From positions 1,836-65,835 of the forward strand of contig CAVGPK010000004.1 in NCBI GenBank assembly GCA_963631155.1: a stretch of 64,000 nt of DNA, written 5' to 3'. Each line of letters starts with the position of its first letter. Within the stretch, counting starts at the first letter, position 1. The stretch is from a bacterium (lineage in GTDB: Bacteria; Bacillota_I; Bacilli_A; Erysipelotrichales; Erysipelotrichaceae). Shown one piece after another: positions 1-10,315 of the stretch. A program made the translations under genes and the position numbers. Below the pieces are notes generated by a model. That model worked only from the letters and a program-made list of their open reading frames with translations. It ran no database searches and was not told where the DNA came from.

Positions 1-1574
1 CCTCCAATAACTGAACCGATTTGTAGCTTTTTTACAGCCTTTTCAAGCTTACTTGGATTGACACAAATTTGCACAAAACCTTCTGTAACGCCATTTTCAT
101 CACGAATTGCTACACCTACATATTGGCTATATTCTCCAAGTGCATCATCTTTTTGCGCTTTTTGAACAAGATAATCACCACCTGCTAATAAACGATTAAA
201 TGTATAAGATTGGCTATTTTTATCTTGACTTAATTGATATCCAAGATAATTAGAATCCGTTGCCGTAATTGTACCCGATTCATTAAAGAAACTTGTATAT
301 TTTACATCCAAGACTTGCGTTAATTTTGCGATTTCCTCTCGAGAGCGATACTCTGGATTTTTGCTTAAAACATAAGCGGCAAATCGTGCTTTATTTAAAT
401 AACGTGTATTATATTGTTTCCGTAAAAACTTTTCATCTTTTTGATATCTCTCATTAGTCTTCTGTAAACTTTCTAAATAGTTTGCGTTACTCATTGATCG
501 GTTCGATAAAGAGAAAAGTTCTTGTGTGTACATTGAGCTTAAGAATACGCAAAGAATTCCAACCACACTAATTACCGCAACTTTTGTTCCAATAGCTTTA
601 TTAAAATAATATTTTCCAAGTTTTTGGTAATGTTTTTCAATTTGATCTGGATGTTTTTCTTGTTCCTGCATCAAGAAAATCGCATAAGCAATAATCAAGG
701 TTAATATCGCAAAAACCACCGCAATCACAATTCCCACAGTAAAATTACAAGAAGCTTTCATTTGTGATGCTGGAATTGCACAAACAACATACGTATTATC
801 TACTTTTGCGACACCACAATATTCCTTTTTACCATCAATTTCCATCCAAGTTTGATTTTTATCTTTTAAATCTTCTACTTTTACGCCTAAATTCAATGCA
901 TCTTTTCCAATATATTTTTTAGTTGGCGAATATAAGAATTTATAATCTTTCGCACTAATTGCGAAAGCATGCCCTTTCAAACCCATATTCACATCTCCTA
1001 GAATACTTTCCCATGAAGTCGTATCTTCTAAGAGTTGATTAAGTTCGCTTGGATCTTGTTCGATCACAGCCATTCTCTGATCATCAATTTTAGCTGCATA
1101 ATAACGATAAGATTGACTGTCTGTTTTAACTTCAAAGGCCTCACTTGGCGTATTCGTTGAAAAAACCGTTTTTAATTGATCATATCGAACTTTAGAAAAA
1201 TTAGCCACTGTATCCCCTGATTGTGCTTGAATTGTTCCATCCAAATTCACAACAAAAACATTGGTTACATTTAAAAGTTCTTTATATTGGCTCATCATTG
1301 TTTCTGGATTTTCATCCACATTATTCTGAAATAAATAAGCCAATGATTTAGCCTTTGACTGATACATCTCATCATAAGAATCAATCGTTTCCTGTTCTTC
1401 TTTTTCGGATTGTTTCACTGCTTTGCGCAAAGACTCAATTTTTTTATTAATTCCTACCGTTTGTTCATTGGTCGACAATGATACTTGTAAATTGTAAAGA
1501 AAAACACTTAACAAAATAATACAAATCACTTCAACCACAATCATGATTAACCCTTTTTGTTTAATTCGATTCAT
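1..1574 (-). CDS. Large membrane protein with Cache-like extracellular domains, possibly the N-terminus of an MscS-family channel; 3' end runs off the window
   Basis: Absent from the ORF track. Manual translation from ATG 1574 (MNRIKQKGLIMIVVEVICIILL...) is open to position 1, with GGAGAG RBS. TM helix, soluble domain, two TM helices, second soluble domain. MscS assignment is from recalled architecture only. Confidence 0.6.
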   Translation of the reverse strand, partial: MNRIKQKGLIMIVVEVICIILLSVFLYNLQVSLSTNEQTVGINKKIESLRKAVKQSEKEEQETIDSYDEMYQSKAKSLAYLFQNNVDENPETMMSQYKELLNVTNVFVVNLDGTIQAQSGDTVANFSKVRYDQLKTVFSTNTPSEAFEVKTDSQSYRYYAAKIDDQRMAVIEQDPSELNQLLEDTTSWESILGDVNMGLKGHAFAISAKDYKFLYSPTKKYIGKDALNLGVKVEDLKDKNQTWMEIDGKKEYCGVAKVDNTYVVCAIPASQMKASCNFTVGIVIAVVFAILTLIIAYAIFLMQEQEKHPDQIEKHYQKLGKYYFNKAIGTKVAVISVVGILCVFLSSMYTQELFSLSNRSMSNANYLESLQKTNERYQKDEKFLRKQYNTRYLNKARFAAYVLSKNPEYRSREEIAKLTQVLDVKYTSFFNESGTITATDSNYLGYQLSQDKNSQSYTFNRLLAGGDYLVQKAQKDDALGEYSQYVGVAIRDENGVTEGFVQICVNPSKLEKAVKKLQIGSVIG

Positions 1575-1728
1575 AACTCTCTCCTAATCCCATTTATCTC
1601 TTTATAAAGAATTATAACGAGTCAAGTATAAATTTCAAGTTTTGCAGTACAATAGCCTTTATCATCTTTTTTGACTGTCTAACTTGCAAGGAAACAAATC
1701 ATCATTTGAACAATTATTTACTTTTAAT

Positions 1729-2202
1729 CTAATGAATCAATCTCGTATACGATATCGCAAGACAAGTACATACAAGTGCATAAATACCAAAAAGTATACC
1801 AAGAATCATAAATAATCCATTTGCCTTTACAATAAGTCATACACAAACAATGCCACTTATGATTGCTCCATATGGCATAGGACGACGAATCTTTTCACAA
1901 ATCTTTAATTCTTCTTTGCCTTTATATAGTTCAAAATCATACTCACTACGAAAAATAGCCAAAAATGAATACCGTGAAACATATTCAATCCCTTCTTTTT
2001 CAAGGCTTGTTTTTAACACACAAATCTCATCTTTAGATTTTCCACGCAAATACGCAACACGATACACATATTGACCAGGCTTACAAGGCTCAAATGTCCA
2101 AATACCTTCAACAAGACTTTTAGTAGTCCATCCCTGATCACACATTTTCTTCACATAAGCCTCATCTGCCCTATGATTTAAAGTATAATTAAATCTTTTC
2201 AT
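1729..2202 (-). pseudogene. DUF2812-family membrane protein with in-frame TGA at 1837-1839
   Basis: Start MKRFNYTL at 2202 with AAGGAG RBS; DUF2812-like motifs (GW...GIWTFEPC.PGQYVYR). The frame continues past the TGA through a hydrophobic helix to TAG 1729-1731. Confidence 0.6.
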
Positions 2203-2218
2203 TTTACACTCCTTATAC

Positions 2219-2250
2219 AAAAAAAGATGTCTACCAAATGATAGACATCT
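2219..2250 (-). terminator. Intrinsic terminator after the PTS operon
   Basis: AGATGTCTA/TAGACATCT inverted repeat followed by a T-run on the minus strand. Confidence 0.7.
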
Positions 2251-2257
2251 AAGCATT

Positions 2258-3055
2258 TTACAACAATCCAATGGCTGAACAAGCAATTGATAATACGATA
2301 ATTCCAACAATCAATACAATTGGACTGACTTGTTTCTTCTTTAACAACCAGAAACACAATAAAGTAACACACATTGGTAAGAAATTAGGGAAGATCTTAT
2401 CAAAGAATTGAGATTGAACTTCAACTTCAATTCCACCATCCACTTTAATAACTGGAAGTAAATTAATAGAAACATAGCTAGCAATTAATGCACCAATTAC
2501 AGTAATACCCAAAATAGTTGCAGCATTGGCAATTGTATCTGAGTTTTCCGTAATAATATCGATGGATTTTGTTCCTAAATTATATCCTAATCGAGTCCAT
2601 ACAATACGCAAAATCCAAATGGCTAAATAAACCAAGAAGAATAAGATAGGTCCTAAAACGGATCCTTGAGAAGCAAATGAACATGAGATTCCGGCAACAA
2701 TTGGTAAAATAGTAAACCAGAAAATCGCATCTCCAATACCTGCGATAGGTCCAAATAGAGCTAATTTTAAACCTTTAACCGTTTCACTACCAGCTCCACC
2801 TTCTTCCAAAGACATCATCAATCCCATTAAGAATCCAACCAAGTTTGGATGTGTATTGATAAATTCTAGATTATCCTGCATAGACTTTGATAAAGCCTCT
2901 TTATCATCCCCATGAATCTTTTCTAAACATGGAAGCATAGACCACAAGAATCCACATGACTGCATTCTTTCATAGTTAAACGATGCTTGCAAGAAAGAAG
3001 AACGAATACCCAACATGGTAATATCGTGTTTTGTTAGTTTTTTAGATTCCGACAT
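2258..3055 (-). CDS. agaD: PTS mannose/GalNAc family EIID
   Basis: QASFNYERMQ, FINTHP, GPIAGIGDAIFW motifs; start MSESKK after GGAGG. Confidence 0.85.
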   Translation of the reverse strand: MSESKKLTKHDITMLGIRSSFLQASFNYERMQSCGFLWSMLPCLEKIHGDDKEALSKSMQDNLEFINTHPNLVGFLMGLMMSLEEGGAGSETVKGLKLALFGPIAGIGDAIFWFTILPIVAGISCSFASQGSVLGPILFFLVYLAIWILRIVWTRLGYNLGTKSIDIITENSDTIANAATILGITVIGALIASYVSINLLPVIKVDGGIEVEVQSQFFDKIFPNFLPMCVTLLCFWLLKKKQVSPIVLIVGIIVLSIACSAIGLL

Positions 3056-3851
3056 TATCGTCACCTCCAAATCCATCTACAGACACATTTTGTAAAGCCT
3101 CTTCAATATCTTGTTTTCTCTGTTTTGCGCCAAAGAAGTCAATTAAAGCGAAAACTGTACCAAGTAAAGCTACAGGAAGTAAATTTGGCATATCACAGAA
3201 GCAAGCCATTAAGAATCCAGCAATGAAATAAGGCGTATATTTTGCCTTCATCATGACACGAAGTAACATACCAAAACCAACAGCTGGTAAAATACCTCCA
3301 GCAACCTCTAAACCATGTGTAATAACTTCAGGTAATGAATTAACAAATACTTTCATAGGCTCTTGTGCAACATAAGCACATAAGAAAGCAAGAACCCCAT
3401 ACGAAACAGAAACAATAAACATTGTTGTTAAGTTGATATTGCGAATGGCTTTTACATCCGCTTCAGCTGCAGCCTTGTCGGCTTTACCCATGAAAAATGA
3501 AAAAGCTGAATAATAGAACAAAATCAAATATTGTCCCAAGAATGAAAATGGTAAACACAAACCTAAAGCTGCACTCGGTTTACAGCCCGTTGTATACGCA
3601 AGCACAGTTCCCATCAAGCCTGCAAAAACAGGGTTTGGAGGTTGCGTACCACCAGCAGGAGTTAATCCTGCAAACGCTAATTCAATTAAGGCTCCAACTT
3701 TAAGTCCTAAAGTAACATCACCCAAGATGATTCCAGTAAATGTAGATACCATCAAAGGTCTGAACACAAAGAAGGCTTCCAAAAAGAAATCAAGACCAAC
3801 AATAATTGTCATGATTGCCAATAGAAGACCTTGCATTAAAGTAATCTGCAT
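3042..3851 (-). CDS. agaC: PTS mannose/GalNAc family EIIC
   Basis: FRPL, GLTPAGGTQPPNP, GGILPAVGFGMLL motifs; lies between EIIB and EIID. Confidence 0.85.
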   Translation of the reverse strand: MQITLMQGLLLAIMTIIVGLDFFLEAFFVFRPLMVSTFTGIILGDVTLGLKVGALIELAFAGLTPAGGTQPPNPVFAGLMGTVLAYTTGCKPSAALGLCLPFSFLGQYLILFYYSAFSFFMGKADKAAAEADVKAIRNINLTTMFIVSVSYGVLAFLCAYVAQEPMKVFVNSLPEVITHGLEVAGGILPAVGFGMLLRVMMKAKYTPYFIAGFLMACFCDMPNLLPVALLGTVFALIDFFGAKQRKQDIEEALQNVSVDGFGGDDNVGI

Positions 3852-3872
3852 AAAATCTCTCTCCTATTCTTT

Positions 3873-4337
3873 TTAAATACCGAATTTCGAATCTCCAGGC
3901 ACATCCTGAATATAAAGATTAACCCCTTTTGAAGCAATATACTTCAAATCCGCATAATCCTGATCATCCACATACACTTTCTTCGTTAATTGTCTTTTTC
4001 CTTCTGAAAAATGCATGTTTCCGACATTTACCTCTTTTAACTCAACACCCTTATCAATTAGACGACGCACATCCTGTGGAGTTTTGCATATCAAAAAAAT
4101 CTTTTGACTTGGAGCCGCACGATCAATAATGGCAGCCGTTTTATCAATAGAGAAAAAACGAATTCCTACGCCCGATGATTTTGCGGTAACACTCATCAAT
4201 TGTTGCTGAATCTTATCTTCAGCCGCCTCATCATTGGCAACCACCAATAAATTTGCACCCAATGTCTTCGTCCATGTAACACCTACCTGTCCGTGAACCA
4301 ATCGATTATCGATTCGAGTTAATAAAATATTTGGCAT
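3873..4337 (-). CDS. agaB: PTS mannose/GalNAc family EIIB
   Basis: MPNILLTRIDNRLVHGQV with the phospho-His; GGAGG RBS. Confidence 0.85.
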   Translation of the reverse strand: MPNILLTRIDNRLVHGQVGVTWTKTLGANLLVVANDEAAEDKIQQQLMSVTAKSSGVGIRFFSIDKTAAIIDRAAPSQKIFLICKTPQDVRRLIDKGVELKEVNVGNMHFSEGKRQLTKKVYVDDQDYADLKYIASKGVNLYIQDVPGDSKFGI

Positions 4338-4368
4338 ATGCACATGACCTCCTCTCAATTATTTATAT

Positions 4369-4385
4369 AGCAAAAAGCGTGCCAA
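4369..4385 (-). promoter_or_regulatory. Sigma-54 (-24/-12) promoter of the PTS operon
   Basis: TTGGCACGCTTTTTGCT is an exact TGGCAC-N5-TTGC match, directly upstream of EIIB and downstream of the LevR-like gene. Confidence 0.9.
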
Positions 4386-4400
4386 CTATTGTCGAACACG

Positions 4401-7109
4401 CTATGATTCATTTAAATGAAAATAATTCAGTATATATTGGATTTCTGGGATTGGTATTTCGACACTATATCGTTCAGAAACGACACTAAACACCTCTTTC
4501 ACCAATTCAATGGCTTCTTTATTTTCAGACACAAACACATCCATATCATTTGTCTGCATAATCCCCTGTCTTAATATCAATCTTTCAATCAAACAACTCA
4601 AATGAACATACAATCCAACTTTCGTTGTGATATCCAAGGAGCATTCAAAAATTGTCTCCAATTTTTTCACAATTTCTTCCACATCTTCCATCACCTTATT
4701 TGGATTTAGTATCGTCAAATGATTGACAATATTGTCTAATGTAAAATTCTTTGCGATATTCTCATTAAATAGTATAAGTTCATTTTCTGATAAATATTCC
4801 GACATTAAATGATGTAAAACTTGAACCTTATCATTCATCATGATATTTTCCATAGGCATAAAATCAATACCATTTACCTTAGGATCTAATGTACCAATAA
4901 TCATCTTCACATTATATTCATTAAAGATACGATCCCGTATTCCATAGCTGACTAAAGACTGATAATCATACGGAATAATATCTAAAGAAACTGGTTTTGG
5001 TAAAGAATTTTTTAATAACTCCCCAATCTTTTTGGCTGAACCAAACCCCGTTGCACAAACTGTCAATATCGCATCCGGCTTTGTTTGATTTTCTATGAAA
5101 CGATATCCAATCTGGAAATTTTCTTGCATATCCGCCAAAATATCTTTAACCGATTTTCCCTGGACTAAGTCGGTTCCAATCTGCAAAGCTGAAAAAGTAG
5201 AAACATTATTCACAAGACCTATGTTACATTGTGAAAGAGAATGAATTGAATCATAGATTTCCTCTAAACTTCCCATGTCCACCAACAACATCAGTTCACG
5301 AATTGGCGCTTTCTTTTTCAAATAGTCATTGACCATGATGCCAATTTTTTCAATAGAAATCTGCAATTCCATATCAATTCCATCAAAAACATGTGTATCT
5401 AACATCCGGTTCACAGTATCCGCTATGCTAGAAGCTGTTGAATATCCATGACACAAAATCAATCCAACTACACCACTATTTTGATCATCCTTATCATCCT
5501 TAACAATCATTAAAGTTATTATGATCTGCATCATCTCATCCAATTGAATATCTAAATTCAAAGATGCATTATCAATGATTTCTAAGGCAATACTATACGC
5601 ACGAGGATACATTTCCTGTATTTTTTTAGAAAACTGATTCACCTCTTCTAAATGAGAAGAAATCCATATTTTCGTGTCCGTCACATTTTTAGAATATTCA
5701 ATAAACAATTTGGAATACATATGAATCTTACTATTCGCAACCACAAAAGAATATCGATTCATAATAATCGAATAAATCTTATCCACAATCTTTAATAAAT
5801 AAGCCTCATTAGTCGTACTGTAAGAATACTTTTGTTTAAAATATAAATAATCAATAAAGTTTTCAATGGAATGACAACAATCCTCAATGCTTCCATTTTC
5901 AAAAGAATTCAATAATTTAGAATACAATTGTAAAAGCGGAGTCGACAACTTCTTTTCATCTTTTAATTCATGAATCGAAAATAAGGTTTCATTTTTACGA
6001 TCATGCGTCTTAAATTGTATCGACTGCATAGAATCAAAAAAATAAGGCGGTAAATCCAATAAATGAATTTGTAAATCAGAGGACTTGTTGTCAAGAAATG
6101 CCTTTGCACAAATCGCCTTGACCGCATTCTTCATTTCTCCTACATTCCCTTTAAATTCAAAATCTAAAAACGTAGAATACACCAAATTCGATACATATAT
6201 TTCCTTATGTATTAATTTCTCTTCATTCACAAACAAATGATAAATCAATTTCCTTTTTTCAATCAAAGGTCTTTCCTTTAAACTAGGAACATAAACCGTG
6301 ATAGGAATTCTTCTCAACAAAGTCATTAATAAAGCATCACTAGGATTTTCAGTTGTCGCAAAAATAAGCCTACACTTTGACGTATACCACTTATCATTAT
6401 CTCCCACCTTGTGGTATACACCCTTATCCATAAACTGGAATAATTTTTCCTGACATTCCGCCTTTAAACAATGCACTTCATCCAGAAACAAAACACCACC
6501 ATTCGCTAAGGCAATCAATCCATCCTGTTCCTCTTCAGCCCCGGTATACGCTCCTTTTACATAACCAAATAAATTCGAAGTTAAAAGTTCAGGATTATTG
6601 GCATATTCGCTACAGTTTACAGAAACAAAACGTGAAGAAGATGAAATCACACCTTGATGAATCGCATAATCATACATCGTATTCGCTAATAACGTTTTTC
6701 CAGTTCCCGTAGGGCCATATATCATAATAGGTAAACCATCCTCTGGATAGCTCATGGCTGCCTTACATTGTTCGATGATCGAAAACAAAGAACCTGAATA
6801 CCCAATCAACTGATCAAAATCGTGTTTACTCGATTGTTTCAAACTTTCAAAAGAATCATACTCACTCTCTTCCAAAATCACACCCATTTTATTTTCTAGA
6901 ACCTTTCGATCAAAAAAATAAACCGGTCGTGTATTAATTTTTATCACAAAACCATCATGAATACTTTCATTTAAATATTGAGACACTGTATTTCTACTTA
7001 ATTTTAAAGCTTTTGATAAATCCATAGCCGTAAAAATACGATTTTCTTCCATCTCATTGTTAGCCGTCCTCTTTTTCAACTCGAAAAGCACCTGTTCTTT
7101 ACTTGTCAT
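4401..7109 (-). CDS. LevR-family sigma-54 activator with PRD, EIIA and EIIB domains
   Basis: N-terminal HTH, GPTGTGKT, LFGYVKGAYTGA, LFLDEVH, CHGYSTASS (EIIA-like), VCATGFGSA (EIIB-like), C-terminal PRD. Confidence 0.9.
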   Translation of the reverse strand: MTSKEQVLFELKKRTANNEMEENRIFTAMDLSKALKLSRNTVSQYLNESIHDGFVIKINTRPVYFFDRKVLENKMGVILEESEYDSFESLKQSSKHDFDQLIGYSGSLFSIIEQCKAAMSYPEDGLPIMIYGPTGTGKTLLANTMYDYAIHQGVISSSSRFVSVNCSEYANNPELLTSNLFGYVKGAYTGAEEEQDGLIALANGGVLFLDEVHCLKAECQEKLFQFMDKGVYHKVGDNDKWYTSKCRLIFATTENPSDALLMTLLRRIPITVYVPSLKERPLIEKRKLIYHLFVNEEKLIHKEIYVSNLVYSTFLDFEFKGNVGEMKNAVKAICAKAFLDNKSSDLQIHLLDLPPYFFDSMQSIQFKTHDRKNETLFSIHELKDEKKLSTPLLQLYSKLLNSFENGSIEDCCHSIENFIDYLYFKQKYSYSTTNEAYLLKIVDKIYSIIMNRYSFVVANSKIHMYSKLFIEYSKNVTDTKIWISSHLEEVNQFSKKIQEMYPRAYSIALEIIDNASLNLDIQLDEMMQIIITLMIVKDDKDDQNSGVVGLILCHGYSTASSIADTVNRMLDTHVFDGIDMELQISIEKIGIMVNDYLKKKAPIRELMLLVDMGSLEEIYDSIHSLSQCNIGLVNNVSTFSALQIGTDLVQGKSVKDILADMQENFQIGYRFIENQTKPDAILTVCATGFGSAKKIGELLKNSLPKPVSLDIIPYDYQSLVSYGIRDRIFNEYNVKMIIGTLDPKVNGIDFMPMENIMMNDKVQVLHHLMSEYLSENELILFNENIAKNFTLDNIVNHLTILNPNKVMEDVEEIVKKLETIFECSLDITTKVGLYVHLSCLIERLILRQGIMQTNDMDVFVSENKEAIELVKEVFSVVSERYSVEIPIPEIQYILNYFHLNES

Positions 7110-7612
7110 TTTTTCACCTTCTCAAATCTTGTTAAGTCTATTTTTGAAATGGCTTCCTCCATACTCCCTGGTACATCCTGATAATAAAGTTTAAAGCCTG
7201 CAAATAATAAATCATTGATTTGTTTCGCATCTTGCATTGTGATATACATCTTCTTCGTATAAGGAATACGCCCCTTTTCATAATGTATATTGCCTATATT
7301 CACAACTTGAGCATCCAGCCCCAAATTATACATTTCGTATAGCGTTTGAATGGTACGAATCACCACAAAAAGTTTCTGCTTACTTTCATGCGTCCTTAAA
7401 ACATTCATAAAATCAACAACAGAATAAAAACGTATCGTTACATCGCTTGATTTTGCGATGGATTTCATCATCTTCTGAGAAAACACGTTCATAACTGTTT
7501 CATCATCCACCACAACCAAAGTATCTATATCTAATGCATTTACCCAAGTGACACCAACTTGTCCATGAACGAGTCGATTATCAATTCGTATTAATTGAAT
7601 TTTAGCTTTCAT
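7106..7612 (-). CDS. Second mannose-family PTS EIIB, coupled to the levR-like gene
   Basis: RIDNRLVHGQVGVTW; ATGA overlap with the activator start. Confidence 0.85.
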   Translation of the reverse strand: MKAKIQLIRIDNRLVHGQVGVTWVNALDIDTLVVVDDETVMNVFSQKMMKSIAKSSDVTIRFYSVVDFMNVLRTHESKQKLFVVIRTIQTLYEMYNLGLDAQVVNIGNIHYEKGRIPYTKKMYITMQDAKQINDLLFAGFKLYYQDVPGSMEEAISKIDLTRFEKVKK

Positions 7613-7642
7613 GGCCAAATTATATCATGGTATATTATTTCT
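7613..7642. promoter_or_regulatory. Back-to-back extended -10 promoters, probably leaderless, for EIIB-levR and rpoN
   Basis: Minus: TG-A-TATAAT then 6 nt to ATG 7612. Plus: TG-G-TATATT then 6 nt to ATG 7643. No SD on either side. Confidence 0.65.
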
Positions 7643-8767
7643 ATGAAACAAAACATAACGATTAAACCTGAACTTAAAATCAAACAAACCTTCAATGAAC
7701 AAACTCAGAAAAGTCTAAAAATATTATCCTTAAACAAACAAAATTTAATGGAATATATTCATGAGATTTCTAAGTCCAATCCATACCTTTCTATCGAAGA
7801 AAATAACACCTTAAATTATGTTTCTGTACAAGAAAATCTATATGATCATTTCAAACAAGAATTATTTATGACCAATCAAAACGTAAAAGAAGAAATTCTT
7901 ATCCAACTTCTTTCCATCATTGATTCAAACGGCTATTTTAAAGAGAAACCCGATTCAACAAATGAAATACACAAGAGTATTTACATCCTTCAAAGACTCG
8001 AACCTAAAGGATGTTTTTCAAAAAACCTAAAAGAATGTTTATCTATACAATGTGAAGATCAACCAACAGCCCATTTATTATGCGATTATTTAAGTGAATT
8101 GGCAGAAAACAACTATGACAAAATTATACAAGAAACAAATCTATCTAAAAAAGAAATTCAAAATGCCTATCACTCTATTCAAACCTTAAATCCAAAACCA
8201 GCTGCCACATTCTCAAAATACGCTTCCTATATACTCCCTGAAATAAAAATAAAAGAAGATTTAACACTTGAATACCAAGATTTACAAATTCATTTTGAAG
8301 ATATTCAACAAACCAATGACAAACTAAAAAAATTAAGGCTTGAGGCCAAACAATTATTCACAAATCTCGAAAAAAGAAAAATGACACTCATTCAAATCAT
8401 GGGTGTCCTATGTGATATTCAAAAAGACTTTTTACTCGAAAACGAACCTCTTTGTCATTGCACATTAGAAATAGTTGGAAAACAATGCGATTTACATCCA
8501 TCCACAATTTCTAGAGCCATTCATCAAAAAAGCTTTGAATACAAAAATAAATACTATCCTATATCTTCATTATTCTCTCATTCAAATGATATTTTTATGA
8601 AACAAAAAATACAAGAAATAATCAATCAAGAAGATTTGTCTCATCCTTACAGCGATGAAAAAATTCGTAAATTATTAGAAAAACAAAACATTCACCTTTC
8701 CAGAAGAACCATTCAAAAATATAGAGAACAGATGCATATACAAAGCTCTATTCATCGAAAACAATAA
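7643..8767 (+). CDS. rpoN: RNA polymerase sigma-54 factor (divergent)
   Basis: IDSNGY, LQRLEPKG...LKECLSIQ, LHPSTISRA HTH, PYSDEKI, RpoN-box variant SRRTIQKYR. Confidence 0.85.
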   Translation: MKQNITIKPELKIKQTFNEQTQKSLKILSLNKQNLMEYIHEISKSNPYLSIEENNTLNYVSVQENLYDHFKQELFMTNQNVKEEILIQLLSIIDSNGYFKEKPDSTNEIHKSIYILQRLEPKGCFSKNLKECLSIQCEDQPTAHLLCDYLSELAENNYDKIIQETNLSKKEIQNAYHSIQTLNPKPAATFSKYASYILPEIKIKEDLTLEYQDLQIHFEDIQQTNDKLKKLRLEAKQLFTNLEKRKMTLIQIMGVLCDIQKDFLLENEPLCHCTLEIVGKQCDLHPSTISRAIHQKSFEYKNKYYPISSLFSHSNDIFMKQKIQEIINQEDLSHPYSDEKIRKLLEKQNIHLSRRTIQKYREQMHIQSSIHRKQ

Positions 8768-8770
8768 AAG

Positions 8771-8796
8771 AAAAGTCGGAATGTCCGACTTTTTTT
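8771..8796. terminator. Bidirectional intrinsic terminator between rpoN and the S10 peptidase
   Basis: AAAAGTCGGA-ATG-TCCGACTTTT plus T-run between convergent genes. Confidence 0.85.
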
Positions 8797-8797
8797 A

Positions 8798-10252
8798 TTA
8801 CCATTCTTGTTGAGGGTTTTTACCTTCAATAAAATCACGAATATCGCTTGTCAAGGCATGAACATTTTCTTCCCCTAAGTAAATCATATGTCCACTTTCA
8901 TAGCCTTTCCAACAACAACGATCCTTTGGAAGTCCTGCATGATCTAATGTATGCCATACATAACCAAATTCTGTGCACAAATCAAACCATCCATTCGCAA
9001 AGAATGCGCGCATACCAGGACGTTGTGTTAAAGCATAACGTAATTCTTCAGCCGTAGTTCCCTTCTTCTCTTCCTTATTCCAATGCATGTAATAATCGGT
9101 TCCAGGAACAAAGTTACGATCTAATTTTACATTCAATTTTGGTAATATATCACCAATAAACGCATTATAGAAGAAAGTATCATAACGATCAGCTGTCGCA
9201 TCATCCCATAAAGCTTTTTGAACCTCATCTTGTTCAGGATACAATCTAGGACGAGTCACACGACCATCATAACGAGAAACAACTTTCCCTTGTGTTTTCA
9301 ATACTTCTTGACGATAATCATTATCATCAATCTTCAATCCGTGATTCAATAAGTATTCTCTAGAAACGCCTGTGTAGTAACAAACCTTCTCTAAAATATG
9401 CTCTTTTTCTTCTTCTGAAATACTTTCACCCTTATATAAGGCAAGAACATAATCATGATCCGCAAAAGCTTTTGCTTCTTTTACCCATTGATCTACACTC
9501 TGATCTGTTGGATGATTATGATACCAGTTTACACCGGCATATGTTGGAAAACCAATGACACTTGATTCAACAGGCATTCCTTGTCCAAAATATTTACCTA
9601 CAGTCACTGTATTACCGATGAAAATAATTCCATCAAATGAAATTCCATAAGATCTTTGACGACCCATAGTACTGGCAATACCTGCCGCAACAGCACTACG
9701 TGTACAGCCATAACTTTCTCCACATAAATACTTAGGAGATAAGCCACGATTATAACGACGAACCCAAGCTTCTAATACAGTAAGCAAAGCTTCTGCATCC
9801 TGTTCAATACCATAAAAATCGTCCTTTTTACTCTCATCAATCAAGACACCATATCCTGTTCCAACAGGATCAATACATACGATATCGGCAATATCCAATA
9901 AGCAATCTGGATTATCAATCACCTTATATGGACCAAAAGCACTTTCACGATCCACAATATCATATTCCATACGACGCGTACCTAAAAATCCTGCATGCAC
10001 ATACATACAACTTGATCCTGGACCTCCATTATACGCAAAGACAACTGGACGGTTTGAAGTATCCTCTACATCACTTCTAAAATAAGCATATGTAAAAATA
10101 CTTGCGACAGGACTACCATCTGCACCATAAATTACATTATCCTCACATACAGTATGATAAGGAATCTCTTTACCTTTTAAAGTAATTTTACCATCCGATT
10201 CAAATCGAGCCGGTTTGAAAGTATCTGGTTTAAAGCTTTCTGTTTTATACAT
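8798..10252 (-). CDS. Serine carboxypeptidase, family S10
   Basis: YNGGPGSS, IDPVGTGYG, GESYG nucleophile, YESGHMIY. Confidence 0.9.
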   Translation of the reverse strand: MYKTESFKPDTFKPARFESDGKITLKGKEIPYHTVCEDNVIYGADGSPVASIFTYAYFRSDVEDTSNRPVVFAYNGGPGSSCMYVHAGFLGTRRMEYDIVDRESAFGPYKVIDNPDCLLDIADIVCIDPVGTGYGVLIDESKKDDFYGIEQDAEALLTVLEAWVRRYNRGLSPKYLCGESYGCTRSAVAAGIASTMGRQRSYGISFDGIIFIGNTVTVGKYFGQGMPVESSVIGFPTYAGVNWYHNHPTDQSVDQWVKEAKAFADHDYVLALYKGESISEEEKEHILEKVCYYTGVSREYLLNHGLKIDDNDYRQEVLKTQGKVVSRYDGRVTRPRLYPEQDEVQKALWDDATADRYDTFFYNAFIGDILPKLNVKLDRNFVPGTDYYMHWNKEEKKGTTAEELRYALTQRPGMRAFFANGWFDLCTEFGYVWHTLDHAGLPKDRCCWKGYESGHMIYLGEENVHALTSDIRDFIEGKNPQQEW

Positions 10253-10315
10253 AGTTTAAATCCTCCAATACCACCTATTATAAAACGTCTTTTTCATTAG
10301 TCAATGAAACATTTT

